Made by a program: the position numbers and the translations under genes. The notes beneath the pieces were generated by a model, which was not told the DNA's origin, did no database searches, and saw only the letters and a list, made by a program, of their open reading frames with translations. Shown piece by piece: positions 30,641 through 44,960 of a stretch of 64,000 nt of DNA (positions within the stretch are counted from its first letter, which is position 1; every line of letters begins with the position of its first letter). Source of the DNA: Eledone cirrhosa (taxonomy: Eukaryota); the NCBI GenBank assembly GCA_964016885.1, contig OZ024747.1, positions 59,024,001-59,088,000 on the forward strand. The letters run 5' to 3'.

Positions 30641-31059
30641 GACAAGTGGCTGACTCTGAAAGTAAAAACATTGAACTAAGTTACAGGAGTCGCTAGTGGT
30701 GATCTGCAGTAGAATGGGATGGACCTCCGTCAGTTTTGACAATGAGTATTTCAGTTGTTCAATTGACAGAATAGCTTGCTCGTGGAATTAATGTGCAGTT
30801 AACGTGAATATTCCAGGGAAACGTGTTTACCTTTAACGTAATTCTCAGGGAGATTCAACATGACATAATGGGTGACAAGGGTGGCGTTTGAATTTAAAAT
30901 AGGTCAATCCGACGAGTTTCCAAACAATTTTCGTCTGTCCAGGTTCATTTATAAGGTATATATCGACCCGAGGCTCTAGTAAATGACACTTGCGTAAGAT
31001 TTTGAAGTGAACGTCTTAACCATTGGGTATATAGTGGCTACAATGTCGATATAGTTTAA

Positions 31060-31291
31060 CCCTTTAGCTTTTAAACCGGCTGTATCCATGCAGAAGTTTC
31101 TCACCTTTTTCTCACCTTTTTCTGTTCAAACCGGCCATAACCGGCTGATCATACTGATGTTAAGGTATTTTTCTGAAAATAAATAATATCAAAATCACGT
31201 AGATTCGATATTATGTGAGATAATTATGTGAAATGAAGTGTTTACCGTTAAAATACAATTTTAAATGTAGAGTAATGTAAATACTAAAGGG
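31060..31291. mobile_element. piggyBac-type MITE, 232 bp
   Basis: TTAA|CCCTTTAG...CTAAAGGG|TTAA. Confidence 0.75.
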
Positions 31292-32047
31292 TTAACAGAT
31301 AAAATCTGGTAGACTGTGGCCAGCAGGATATCTTGTGTTGCTGAGTGACACTGCCATTCAATTACAGTGAAATATTATCCCATGATTTGATGAGCTGGAA
31401 GTTTGAAACCTCCTCAGCTGCGTGATATCTCATGAGATATATGATTTAAGGAGATATCAATAGGGTTAAGTAGATAAGGGAGATAAGTATATTAGGACAG
31501 CTCTTAAGTTGGTTATAAAATAACTACTTTTATATCGATTTATTATATCTAACCTTAACAATTCAATGACCAATGTACTTTACATCAAACACTGTGACAT
31601 TTATAGCCTCTGTCCTAACAGACAGCACTTACAAGCTATACTGTAACAAGTCAATATTTACACTTTCTGTTGGTTTATTTAACATACACTTCTCTATCGC
31701 TTCCACATCTACAACGAATCACCTCTCCGTATAACATTGACATCACATCTGTTTATCCATGCTACATCTACCACGTTATTAACCTCCCACAGTAAAAGCT
31801 ACATCTATATAGCTGATATACATCAAAACTCTATTTAGAATATATCTCCAAAACAGAACCATTTACCAGTAGATCTATTTAGCTGATCTGTCTAAACTAG
31901 GTTTCATTTGTATCTACATAAACATTGTTAGATGACTGATCCCGTTCAAGTCTTCAGATGTTGTCAGACAAATCAATATACTTAGGCTGTGTCAATGATT
32001 AATCCATTAAATAATAATTACTAGTTCGTGGATTGTTATTATTATTA

Positions 32048-34565
32048 CAGTTGCATTTATCTTGCTTTATGTTCATACGAGTTATCACCAAGTCACAACC
32101 AGTGACCTCAAGAGACAACAAGGTCCGCCATGTTCAAGAAAGAACATACATACACACACATGCATCTTTAGGTGTTTAGACTTGTGATGTACTTTTATTG
32201 ACAGAATCTTCCTTAGTATATGGGCAGTTCTCATTAGTATTATCTTTTGAATTTCTTCCATACGCGGGTTTCCTGGGATTTGGCATAAGTAATCATTAGA
32301 CCCCTTAGGTATCATTCCTAGAGCACCCACAACCACTGGTATTGTTTTAGTTCTCAATTTCCACATTTTTCCAATTTCTATCTCCAGGTCCTTATACTTG
32401 CTCAATTTTTCAAATGTTTTTATAGATACATTCTTGTCTATTGGAACGGACATATCTATTAGCAGGCATACTCTCTTTTGAAAGTCCTTCAGTATTATAT
32501 CAGGTCTATTTGCATCTATTTTTCGGTCTGTTTGGATGCTAAAGTTCCACAAGATTGAGATGTGATCTTTTTCAAGTACGGGAGGTGGTTGATGTTCCCA
32601 CCAATTCTTTTGATGGGGCAGGTCAAAATGCTTACACATTATCCAATGTATGTATTGTGCAGCTCTGTCATGCCTGTTTAGGTATTCGGTTGGAGCTATA
32701 GGACTGCACATTGAAATGATATGATCAATGGTCTCTGGTTGTTTTATACATACACGTCATAATGGGTTGCATCCATTTTTTATTATGTTGGCTTGATAAT
32801 TTTTTGTTGGCAGACACTGATCTTGTGCTGATATAATCAGTCCTTCTGTCTCCGATTTCAGTCCAGAGGATGCCAACCACTGATGGGTTAAAGTTTTGTC
32901 AACATCAGGATTGTTAGCTCTTTCTGGGTATTTTCCATACAGAGGCTTTTCTTGCCATTTTCTGTAGCCAGTTTCTGTAGCAGTTCTTTCTTTGCTGTTA
33001 CTTTTACCTGCTTTGCTTTTTCTGTGTTTTTCATTTCAGCAGCAAATGGAACTTCTGAAATGTGTAGTTCATTACTGTATCTTTGTGAATCTTTTGTAAT
33101 GGAGTATGATCTTTTGATGCTTTCATGTTTCAAAACGAGTTTGATCATCCAATCATGTGATTCCCTTAGATATGTAGATAATCCAATTGTTGCAATTTTC
33201 AAAGCAATATCTAACTGGATTAATCCACGTCCTCCTTCTTTCCTAGGGAGATATATTCTATCTCTATCTGCCTTAGGGTGATACATTCTGTGCATGGTTA
33301 AGCATTTTCTAATTTTTGTATCGAGCCTACGGATCTCTGTGCTTGACCAGTTGATGACATAGTAACTGTAGGTTACTACTGGTATGGCAAACGTGTTTAT
33401 GGCATCGATCCTATTCCTTGCATTCAATTCCGTTCTTAAGATTGCTCTTAATCTGCGGTAACATTCCTTCCTTATCCTTTCCCTCATTGTCGACTGCTTG
33501 ATTCCGTCTCCTTCACAAACACCTAGATATTTGTAAGTTTCCTCTTGATCAAGTTCTCTTATCACATTTCCCCCGGTCAAGATTAATGTCTGAACTTCTC
33601 AGCAGCTTTCCTCTGGTGAACGTGGCGTTGGCGCATTTATCTAGTCCAAACTCCATTTTAATATCATCACTGAACTGCTTCACAGTGGATAATAGCCCTT
33701 GCAATTGCTCATCATGTTTTGCAAATAGTTTCAGGTCATCCATGTAGAACAAGTGATTAATGGTTTTGTCATAGACTTTATATCCATGTTTTGTTTCATT
33801 GAGCATTTTACTTAATGGTATAAGTGCGATGCAGAATAAAAGCGGTGATAAAGAGTCACCTTGAAAAATTCCACAATTAATATTAACTTCTCCAGCTTCA
33901 AGTAATTTTTTTTTTTTTTTCACTATTCAAAAGAAGTGTCGTTTTCCATGTCTTCAAACTGAATGACAGGAACCTCCTGACAGCGGGAGATATTTTGAAA
34001 ATCTCTAAACACTTTTCAATCCAACTGTGTGGCAAACTATCGAATGCTTTTTTGTAATCTATCCAAGCAATTGATAGATTTTTGTGTCTATTATGACAAT
34101 CTTCCAGCATCATTTTGTTAACCAAAAGCTGATCCTTACAGCCATATGAACCTCGTTTACACCCTTTCTGCTCATTGGAAAATAGATAATTTGTTATCAG
34201 GTGATCATATGTATATTCAGTTAGGACTGATGTTAACATTTTATATATTGTGGTCAAACTAGTTATCGGTCTGTAATTTTTGGGAGTGTTTGTTTCATCA
34301 TTCTTCGGAAGCATGAATGTAATGACGTTAACTAGCCATGATGGTATCTTTTCTGGCTCCTTAACCATTTCATTGTAAAGTTGGGCTAACAGTTCATGAG
34401 ACTCTGTAAAGGCATTTATCCAAAAATTTGGTATTTTGTCTTTCCCTCTGGATTTCCCCTTGCTGGATTTTCTAAGAGCTAAACGCAGATGTTCAACTGT
34501 TATATTTTCCCATGTTTGTCCTCAAGGTGAGCTGTATCTTTCATTTGTCTGTCTATCCATGGGGC
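32048..34565 (-). mobile_element. 5'-truncated R4/Dong-clade non-LTR retrotransposon (RT plus RLE), frameshifted
   Basis: RT motifs NYRPIT, DYKKAFDS, GIFQGDSLSP and YMDD; CCHC finger with the first Cys mutated to stop; RHD, RPD..D and KLSKY RLE motifs; (TAA)n 3' junction; direct repeat at 32013-32047 and 34566-34600. Confidence 0.92.
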
Positions 34566-34610
34566 AATAATTACTAGTTCGTGGATTGTTATTATTATTA
34601 TTATTATTAA

Positions 34611-34809
34611 AGGGCAGTGGATTGGCAGTATCGGCAGAGCGTTAGACGACATGCTTTGTCGCATTGAGTTACGACCCTTTACGTGCTGAGGTTAACTTTG
34701 CCTTTCATCCTTACGGAGTCGGTAAAATAAAGTACCAGTAACGAACTGGGCTCGATTTAATCAACTTTCTTTTCCCAAAAAATTGTTGGCCTAGTGCCTA
34801 AACCAGAAA

Positions 34810-34815
<6 letters not shown>
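34611..34815 (+). mobile_element. SINE family A (long variant, B box deleted) between (TTA)n tracts
   Basis: GGGCAGTGGATTGGCAGTATCGG head and family body. Confidence 0.8.
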
Positions 34816-34842
<27 letters not shown>

Positions 34843-34843
<1 letters not shown>

Positions 34844-35590
34844 AGCTGCATTTATCTTGCTTTATGTTCATACGAGTTATCACCAAGTCACAACCAGTGA
34901 CCTCAAGAGACAACAAGGTCCGCCATGTTCAAGAAAGAACATACATACTCACACATGCATCTTTAGTGTTTAGATTTGTGATGTACTTATATTGACAGAA
35001 TCTTCCTTAGTATATGGGCAGTTCCCATTAGTACTATCTTTTGTATTTCTCCTATTTCTCCTCGGGTTTCCTGGGATTTGCGATAAGTAATCATTAGACC
35101 CCTTAGGTATCATTCCTAGAGCGCCTACAACCACTGGTATTGTTTTAGTTCTCAATTTCCACATTATTCCAAATTCTATCTCCAGGTCCTTATACTTGCT
35201 CAATTTTTCAAATGTTTTTATAGATACATTCTTGTCTATTGGAACGGACATATCAATTAGCAGGCATACCCTCTTTTGAAAGTCCTTCAGTATTATATCA
35301 GGTCTATTTGCATCTATTTTTCGGTCTGTTTGGATGCTAAAGTTCCACAAGATTGAGATGTGATCTTTTTAAAGTATGGGAGGTGGTTGATGCTCCCACC
35401 AATTCTTTTGATGGGGCAGGTCAAAATGCTAACACATTATCCAATGTATGTATTGTGCAGCTCTGTCATGCCTGTTTAGGTATTCCGTTGGAGCTATAGG
35501 ACTGCACATTGAAATTATATGGTCAATGGTCTCTGGTCGTTTTTTACATACTCGGCATAATGGGCTGCATCCATTTTTTATTATGTTGGC

Positions 35591-35592
<2 letters not shown>
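34843..35592 (-). mobile_element. Second, shorter 5'-truncated copy of the same R4/Dong family
   Basis: Closely similar to 32048-32793; intact CRVC..H..C finger; (TTA)n on both sides. Confidence 0.92.
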
Positions 35593-35635
<43 letters not shown>

Positions 35636-35636
<1 letters not shown>

Positions 35637-35815
35637 GACTTGGGATCCCGGCATTCATAGGCAATACCAACATTTCTACCATTACTAGCACTGCCAGAGT
35701 CCTACACAATATATTGAGCCTCTGAGTCCAGGGACTGATCTGAGGCCAATACGCTTCACCTAGCAACCGATTGTTAGAGAAACCTTACAAAAGGAAAAAT
35801 AAAATAATTATTATT
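35636..35815 (+). mobile_element. 3' tip of a different R4-like element
   Basis: Reads LGIPAFIGNTNISTITSTARVLHNILSL* (compare TAHILRKILS), then a short 3' UTR and an AT-rich tail. Confidence 0.45.
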
Positions 35816-36541
35816 ATTCCCCTATTTAAAACTGTATTCGTAGGTTACGTTTATCTAATTATTTAGTCACATACTTATAACTTGTGTATTTATCTGTTAC
35901 ACATCTGTAAAGTATCCATCCTTGTAGTTGATTTATTTATAAAACTATAATTCTGTGTAGTTAAGATCAAGTTGTCTACGTGGCTCCTGGCTATATCAGT
36001 TCTCTATCTATCTAACATCAATCAAATATTCTCTAGCAGTCAGCAATTATCTCACAATCATGCTGATAGGATTATTATCTAATCTAATAAATAATGTGAT
36101 ATCTCCAATATTAAGTATTTCATATGAAGTGCAATTGCCAACTAGATAAGATACGAGAATAGTAAAGTAGGCATGCAAAAGCCGGCGGAAGTGTAGCCAT
36201 CTTTCCTACAGATACTTAAGATTTAGTCAATCATATCGAAACCAGGTGTCTTCTCTTATTCTTTATCGATCTCCTTTGTTGAAGAACTGAGGTACGAGAC
36301 AAACAAATCGTAAACGTAAACACAGTCACCGACACAGGCACACAAATACATAAACACAGACACACACATTTCATATAATACATATACCTACAATAAAAAG
36401 GGCAGTAACAATAAACTAACAACCCTCCTAATGATGGGAATGTGAAAGTCTTGTAACGACGATGAAAATGACGGACATAGGGACTTTGTTGTTTCAAGCG
36501 AACTGCAAAGGACTTGTTAGAAAACACGAGAAGACTCGGGT

Positions 36542-36790
36542 GAAGAAATTGTAATTCAGAAATATCTTAATTTAACGGGGCTTAAAAAACCGCATCCTTT
36601 CGCGCGGGTTAACGTCGGGATCTTACGTGTCATCAGTCCCCGAATTGCTGTTTTTCTCAGCAAAACCAGGAAGATTGCTGCCTGTCTTAAGAATACGCTC
36701 CGTGATGTAGAGAGGCTGTTACAGCGGGTGTCGTTGGCCATTCTCCGTGCCAATGATTTCGCCATTTTGTCCGCGGAACGCTATAAAAAC
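36542..36790 (+). pseudogene. CRE-clade-like RLE non-LTR retrotransposon C-terminal remnant
   Basis: Open frame EEIVIQKYLNL...LLQRVSLAILRANDFAILSA resembles E..K..KY..L and L-x-Q-R-x-S-x-A-I-x-R-G-N. Confidence 0.5.
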
Positions 36791-36924
36791 ATACCACTCA
36801 GTGTGGGGAGTATTGTGTATAGTTCCATCCACCATTTTTTCTTCCGTTGCTTACTTCCTGTTCTTTCTTCTCTTCCTTTTCTTTTCCTTTTTGCCATTTA
36901 ACATGTATAAAAGAGATGTTGTTC

Positions 36925-36959
<35 letters not shown>

Positions 36960-37386
36960 AACAACATCTCTTTTATATAAGTATATATATGAAAAATAAT
37001 TGTCGTCTCTGATCGAGATGAAGCGAAAGTGTATTTGAATACACATAAAAATGAGAAAACTCATTGCTAGAACAGCCGTTAAAATAGCCAAGTAGTGTTA
37101 AAGACAGTGATGGGCATAAAAGCTTCTGTTCATCACCACTGTCTTTGACAGCATTTGGCTGCTTTAACAACTGTTCCATGTATTCAAATATATATATATA
37201 TATATATATATTCCATCAACACTCCTTATACGTCGCTACGTATATGTCTGAGCCAGCGGCATTTAACCGTATTTCTAGCATGATTCCTTGACACTGAAAT
37301 TTAAGCCCTTTTATCATGAATAATAATTTTATCTTGTCAATCGGACTTCTCATAGCGAAATAAACCCGCTGTTAGCTAACAGAGAA

Positions 37387-37466
<80 letters not shown>

Positions 37467-37583
37467 TCTCCCTCTCCTCTCCCTCTCTCTCTCTCTCTCT
37501 GTAACTATACATACATACATACATACATACATACATACATACATACATACATACATACATACATACATACATACATACATACA

Positions 37584-37614
<31 letters not shown>

Positions 37615-37651
37615 GTATGTATGTGTAGTTGCACACACTTGCATATATTTA

Positions 37652-37703
<52 letters not shown>

Positions 37704-38078
37704 CAGTTACACAGACATGTATATAAATACATACATACAAAGATATATACATACATATACTCCCGGTCTGTGAGTATTACATAAAACGCTATATGCAATT
37801 TATTTTGTATTTCATCTTTAACTCAGTATGAAATATGTATTATGTATATGGATAGATCTAATCAGAAAGATATGGTCACATATAATACGTTGTATATAAT
37901 GTATATATTATACTGAACTGGATGGATATTTAACAATTCATCGAAGTTGAATATGAAAACTGCGATAACGCATCTGAACGCTAAGAGTATACTCCACCGA
38001 TAGTTTATTCACACGCACATAAACACAAACACACGCATATATGCATATATATATATATATATGAATATATACATATAC

Positions 38079-38144
<66 letters not shown>

Positions 38145-38830
38145 GGAAAAAATGAAACGAAATTTCATTTCTCACTCTTAGTACGGCTGTTACTTAAATA
38201 TAAGTATGTATACGTACATACATATATGTATACAGACGTACAGTAGTATGTATATATATACATACATGCACACATATATATATGTACGTATATATATATA
38301 TATATATGAATATGAATATGTATCTATATATATATATTTATATGTGTGTGTGTGTGTATTTAAACAGGCTTGTTTGATTTACAATGCATTGGAAATTTTG
38401 AAATTTGAAAGTATAATCGCCACAAGGCAGATAACTATAATAATATTTGATAACCATAAACAATGGATAAATAGAACGTGTAAAGTACCCATCATATGAG
38501 ATGCCATATTACTTTAGAATATTATGTGTGTGTTTGTTTGTCCTTGTGTCTGTGGCTCTATCTATCAATCAATCTCTCACTACCCCCCCCCCCCCCCTCT
38601 CTCTCTACACACACACACACTCATACACACACACACACATATATATATATTGCGATAACGGGATGTTAGTTATACAAACTATTTTTAATACAAGTAAATA
38701 ATAACTCCGATGGAATACATGCCGCCATGTTTCCTAGTCTTCTTGATTTAAGAGTCTTTTGCTCAAGTCTAACATCCGTTATATTTGACAAAGTATGTAT
38801 TATTTCAGTGTATGAATTTTACTTGTGTAT

Positions 38831-38865
<35 letters not shown>

Positions 38866-38867
38866 CC

Positions 38868-38952
<85 letters not shown>

Positions 38953-38984
38953 ATATATATATATATATATATGTGTGTGTATGC

Positions 38985-39044
<60 letters not shown>

Positions 39045-39154
39045 ATGCATATATATATATATGTGTGTATGTGTGTGTGTGCATGCATATATATATATGT
39101 GTGTGTATGTGTGTGTGTGTATGCATATATATATATATATATATGTATGTATGC

Positions 39155-39207
<53 letters not shown>

Positions 39208-39935
39208 TGTGTGTATTTCAGTGTATAAATGCTATTTGTATACATACATAAATATATATATATACATAGTATACATGTGTGTGTGTGTATGTGTGTCTCT
39301 GTTTGTTTGTATGTGTATACATCTATCCAAGCATTCACTAACGACAAGTGAACACAAAGATTTTAAAGAAGAAAAATATAAAAAAAGGATGTTAACGATA
39401 TTTTAGATAGTGAAGTGTTTTACAAGGAGAAGTTTTACCGTCTCTCTGGCGCGAACACCAATAAACAAAGACTTCTTTTTCATGCATTCTAGACTTGTTG
39501 GTATCATAGAATCGTGATTCTTCAGAATTTTTTGCCCTCAATATGTTTATCCAGATTTGCACGTCAGCTTTTGCTTACTTCCTCGCTTTGCTTATATATT
39601 TTTCGTATTTTTACCCTTTTTTAATTATATGTTGGTTTTATAATTCCAAACAACGTGTTTTCTACATCCTACCTACACCCATTTGAATTCATCAACACAA
39701 GTTGTAAGGTTTTTGTGTTAAGTTAGCTGTGAGAGGGCGAATGAAAAGGTAAAGAGAGAGAGAGAGAGAGAGAGATGAAAAAACAGAGAGAGTGAGTGAG
39801 AAATGGTGGTGAGTGCTAGGGAAAAATTGGGATTAAGAAAGGTACAAAGAGAAAGAGAGAGAGAGTGAGAAATGGAAAACAAAGAGAGAGGGTGTGATAA
39901 AAGACGGTGAGAGTTTGGGACTAAGTGGGAGTGAG

Positions 39936-39997
<62 letters not shown>

Positions 39998-40660
39998 GAG
40001 AGAGAGCGGGGTGACAATCGGAGATCTAAAGGGTGAGGGGTAGAAAATAAGTAGGAGACAATAAGTAATATTGATAATAGTGGTGTTGCTGATAGGGGTA
40101 TCTGTGACCAAGACAGTTTCCAAGCCGGCTCAATGTGACCCAATCTGTGGCAGAGGTTCAACCTTTGAATTGCAGGTACAATCTATTCGTCTATCGGTAA
40201 TTGATATAAGTTTAATTAGTTAAATTAACATGATAAAATTATCATGCGTATTATATCCCACTTATATGTACATATATATATATATATGAAATTCTTTCCT
40301 TACTCACATTTAGACCAGGTTTGATGGTCTTTATTCTCTCTCGTCCACGATTTCAGGGACTTGACTCCTTTTTCCTCCCTTTTCGTTGCATTACCATCTT
40401 TGTTTGTTTACAGACTCGCTCGTTCCCCCTATTTACGTGTCCCAACGACTTTCTTTAGCCATTGCTCGCACCAACCGGAGGTATATGGTCTTTAAAGCGA
40501 TGAAATACCAATGAAGGCTGGTAGATCACTGATGAAGGACTAAATTTATTCATATGTAACCCATTTGCAACCACGCAGCACGCCATGTTTTCATATTTTC
40601 ATATATATATATATGAGTTATAATAAGCTTGATATATAAATATATATATATATATATGAG

Positions 40661-40702
<42 letters not shown>

Positions 40703-41364
40703 GAGAGAGTGTGTTTTTCTGAAGATCACATAATAGGGTGAAAGCAGCGATTATTTGCTTAAACTTTAATCTATACTAATAATAAATATTGCCCTTGCGA
40801 GTTTATATATACATTTTTATTATATATATAGTCAATCCTTAACGAGCCCTCTTCGGATTTTGGTCTTCGTAATTATTGTTAATATGTATATATTTCTTGC
40901 AATAAATTTACACATTTTGAATGCATCCGCCGAAAACCGGGGTTACCTCTCTGCAGGGTAAACATGTGGGGTAGTTACTCCACCACTGGAACCCGCTGGC
41001 CGGCTGAAAACAAAATACCTGTTGACGAAATGGCAGCCTTGTTCGGTCGTTATACCGAAAGCTTACAACGAAAGCAGGCAGTATAATTGAATTAGGTGTC
41101 ACAGAAACCTCCCACTGGATTCTACCAACAATTTCCAGGAGGTCCAGATAAATTCTTTTGTTAACCCGTTTAGCTTGCTTCGTTTTGTTGGCTCTGGTGG
41201 CTGATAGCTTCACCACCACCGTTTTCATTTTGTCTGGCCTCTATAACGTATGTTAATTGCTCTGGTTTTCTTTTAGTCCATTGAGCGCGGGTCGCATATC
41301 TTGAAGATTGGGTTTCGCTTTGTTTTTGGCCACCGCCGAAATACGATCTCGCTGAAATTATATT

Positions 41365-41426
<62 letters not shown>

Positions 41427-41652
41427 AATATAAGAAGCTTGTTTCTGTCCCCTACGGTATGCTATACTTTCGGTTGTTCTCCTGTCTCACTCGCTTTACG
41501 CGTTTTAATTGTCCTAATAACTTATTTTGGTTATTATTGCACCGAAGTGAGATATATGATTTTTAATGCAATGAAATATCTATGATCTTCGGCAAATCAC
41601 TGATGAGGGACTTATTTTATTACATGTTATCCATGTGCTACCTGCAGTATTT

Positions 41653-41698
<46 letters not shown>

Positions 41699-42283
41699 AT
41701 ATATATATATATATATATATACACACAGAAAAACTTATATGAAGTTAACTATAGGCAGCTTCCTACTAGAGTGACCAAAATTAAGCCTGTTCCGCCATTA
41801 ATGGTAGATCGAAACTGATTCCTTGATGTTTACTAGCAAACAGATATTCATAATTATAGCATAACATTTCACTTTCTTTTCTCTACATTTTCTGAAAACG
41901 AATTCTTGGAACAATTGAGTAGGTAATGTCATAAACCATGTATATATGGATTAAATTCAATATCTAATATTAAAATAAATTGAATTAGCAAGAGTCAATA
42001 AGCCTTGTAGGACACTGAACTTTAAAATGGCTGAACCAGGAATCTATTCCAAACATTGCAGTTTACTGTAAAATGTCATTGACCCAGAATTAATATTCTT
42101 ACTGCACAAGATGGTTGAAGATAATATTAAAATGAAATATTCACATGAAATGTTTGCGAAATACATAATTCTTGCCAGCGATAGATACACAATATGGGGC
42201 TTGTGCATACACAATGAAGACTATTATTATTCTAGTCCTTACACTATAGATTATATATATATATACACACGCACACATATATA

Positions 42284-42334
<51 letters not shown>

Positions 42335-42335
42335 G

Positions 42336-42381
<46 letters not shown>

Positions 42382-42429
42382 GAATTTAGTTTTTCACTCT
42401 AGTTTGCGATGTGAAAGAGAATTATATGT

Positions 42430-42760
42430 ATCCCAGTACAACCTGTCCCATGGTCGGGTCGTTGGCGACTAAACTGGCAACCCCACCAAGGTTTCTTGGT
42501 GAGGAGGGTGACTTTGGACATCCTGCAGGACTAAAAACAAAACCTGTCAAAGGGCAAAGGAGCTCTTAAGAGTCAATGGCCATCCAAAATCACCGGGAGA
42601 GATGACCCCTTAGCCTTTGTCAAGGCAGAATTCTAGGAGAAGGAAAACTCTGATATAACACCTGCAACCCTGATGGTATCCAATGATGTTGACTTGTTCT
42701 TCTTTTTGGTAAATATCATCTTGGTTAAGAGAGTGGGACTGGCTTTGTGCAGTGCCTTTG
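42430..42760 (+). mobile_element. Decayed retroposon 5'-UTR-like repeat (possibly RTE-related)
   Basis: Homology to 24428-24640; CTAGGAGAAGGAAAACTCTGA resembles RTE-type 5' UTR motifs as I recall them. Confidence 0.3.
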
Positions 42761-43352
42761 CTCACTATAAAAGCTTCACGGCACAGGCATTGCTTTATAT
42801 CTGGAGATCTCTCTGCACTTGTCGTCACATGGTACCATGGGCCCAGCACTATGTGTCAGTAATTGTCACAAGTGTAGTGTTTGTACCAGAGTTTTCAAGT
42901 CGCTGGCTCGACTAAAAAGTCACACTCGTTCAGCGCATCGGTAGGGGTTCTCCTACATGGATATAAAGTAGTGGCCGTACTCGAAAACGAGTTGGCAGCC
43001 ACCATATATATATATATATATATGCATACTCACATCAAAATAGAAAGGCCCTACTTTACGTGATCACATCTTTGGTTATTATAAACAAGAAATAATAGCT
43101 GTTATAATAGTTCACGTGGTTCTTCTTTATTCGTGTAAAAGCTAACTGAAATGTTATGAGGTCTGATAATAAATTGTTGTTAAGTTTCTTTTTATAGAGC
43201 TGTTGTGAAATTTCTCTCGTATCTTGTGAAGCTGGAATTTTATTTTAGCCGCTTGTGGCTCAACTAGATTGTCAGATATTCAAGCAGACACACACTCAGC
43301 CCGAGGGTCAGATAGTCATGAATATATATATATATATGCAATCAGGTAGGTG

Positions 43353-43405
<53 letters not shown>

Positions 43406-43410
43406 TAGAG

Positions 43411-43452
<42 letters not shown>

Positions 43453-43545
43453 GTAACTAGCCTAAACCGTCTGAGCTTGCGGTCGTTCATCTACTTCACA
43501 AATATATATATATATATATATAGTGTATATATATATATATATATA

Positions 43546-43578
<33 letters not shown>

Positions 43579-43707
43579 AGAGAGAGAGAGAGAGAGAGTG
43601 AGATGTATCAACATGTAGGGAGATAGACTTATTATCTGTATAAATTGCTATATAATAGATATGGAGAGAAAAAAAACCCAGACAAACTACAGGTAGACGT
43701 ATATACG

Positions 43708-43769
<62 letters not shown>

Positions 43770-44087
43770 CGTGGTTTATGTGTGTGTGTGTGTGCGTGGT
43801 TTTTGTGTATGGTGCTGCCACTCATAATGATGACAACGATGATGATGATGATGGAAACGATGATTTTGGTGGCGGTGGTATTATGCTGTTTGCCGCCATA
43901 TTGTAATGGTGGATGAGGTGAGGAAGAAAAAACAGAGAAAATGAAGTACAACTGATTTAATAATTGATCGCTGCTGGTTGACGAAGATCCTCACACTAAC
44001 AAAGAATTGACAACATTAATGAAAATAAAAACAAGAAAATAGAAAATCGTTTAAATTCTGCTTTTATCCCTCTGATACTCCGCGTAA

Positions 44088-44158
<71 letters not shown>

Positions 44159-44298
44159 AAAGCAGCAGCAGCTGCTGCTGTTATTGTTATGTTGTTGTAA
44201 AAGCCATATTATTATTAGCGTGTATATATACATATGTATGTATGTGTATATACATGTGCGTATGATATCTGCATATTATGTGTGTATTGTGTGTGCAA

Positions 44299-44331
<33 letters not shown>

Positions 44332-44559
44332 CTGTTGTTCTTCTTCTTCACGGCTTCATAAGGCCGTGTTGACATCACGTGACACGGCCCCGCCAGCAAC
44401 TATCCAATAGCCTGAAGCCACGTGTAGAATGAATTGATCTGGAACTACGAGTTCGCCTTGTCTGTCGTTTCAAACGATGAATACATTCCAAAGAGGTTAA
44501 CTTAGAATAGCTAATATCTTTGGAAATTCCCACCGTCTTCATGTCTGCATGTGTCTTTA

Positions 44560-44620
<61 letters not shown>

Positions 44621-44789
44621 GGTGTCCCTAAAAATTGTATACACATATTTATTAGAATAGTATCGAAGTGTGTGTACATCTTTTGGCACCCCCTCCCCCC
44701 TCTCTCTCAATTTATCTATCAATCTATATATATATATATATATATATATCATGTTTAATATAGAAATGGCTCCTACATGACTAGAACTG

Positions 44790-44846
44790 TTTCATTCAAA
44801 AGAAATCATCAGGAAAGCTTTCCTGGTGAATTTGTTTCGAATGAAA
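44790..44846. repeat. Palindrome of two back-to-back hammerhead-like cores
   Basis: Perfect centre CAGGAAAGCTTTCCTG; minus arm CTGATGA-TTTC-TTTT-GAAT-GAAA; plus arm CTGGTGA-ATTTG-TTT-CGAAT-GAAA. Confidence 0.55.
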
Positions 44847-44960
44847 TTTCTACATTTAACATAATGTTTATACTCTACTAATGTATTGAGTACATTACTT
44901 ACTGTGGTTACTGGTTACCCCTGATTGAACCCAGGACTCATATATATATATATATATATA

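Noticed and set aside
30740-31020. Decayed SINE-like fragments (similar ones at 27290-27600 and 60025-60160)
   Set aside because: Resemblance rests on my memory of octopus repeats, with too little in-window support to assign a family
40527-41620. CTGATGAAGGAC (about 40529), CTGAAGATCAC (about 40719) and CTGATGAGGGAC (about 41600) as hammerheads
   Set aside because: No properly placed closing stem and GAAA; at best truncated remnants
44617-44693. Tiny Tc1-like MITE (TA|CAGGGTGTCCC...)
   Set aside because: The right-hand TIR is too degenerate and has no TA, so the call is unsupported
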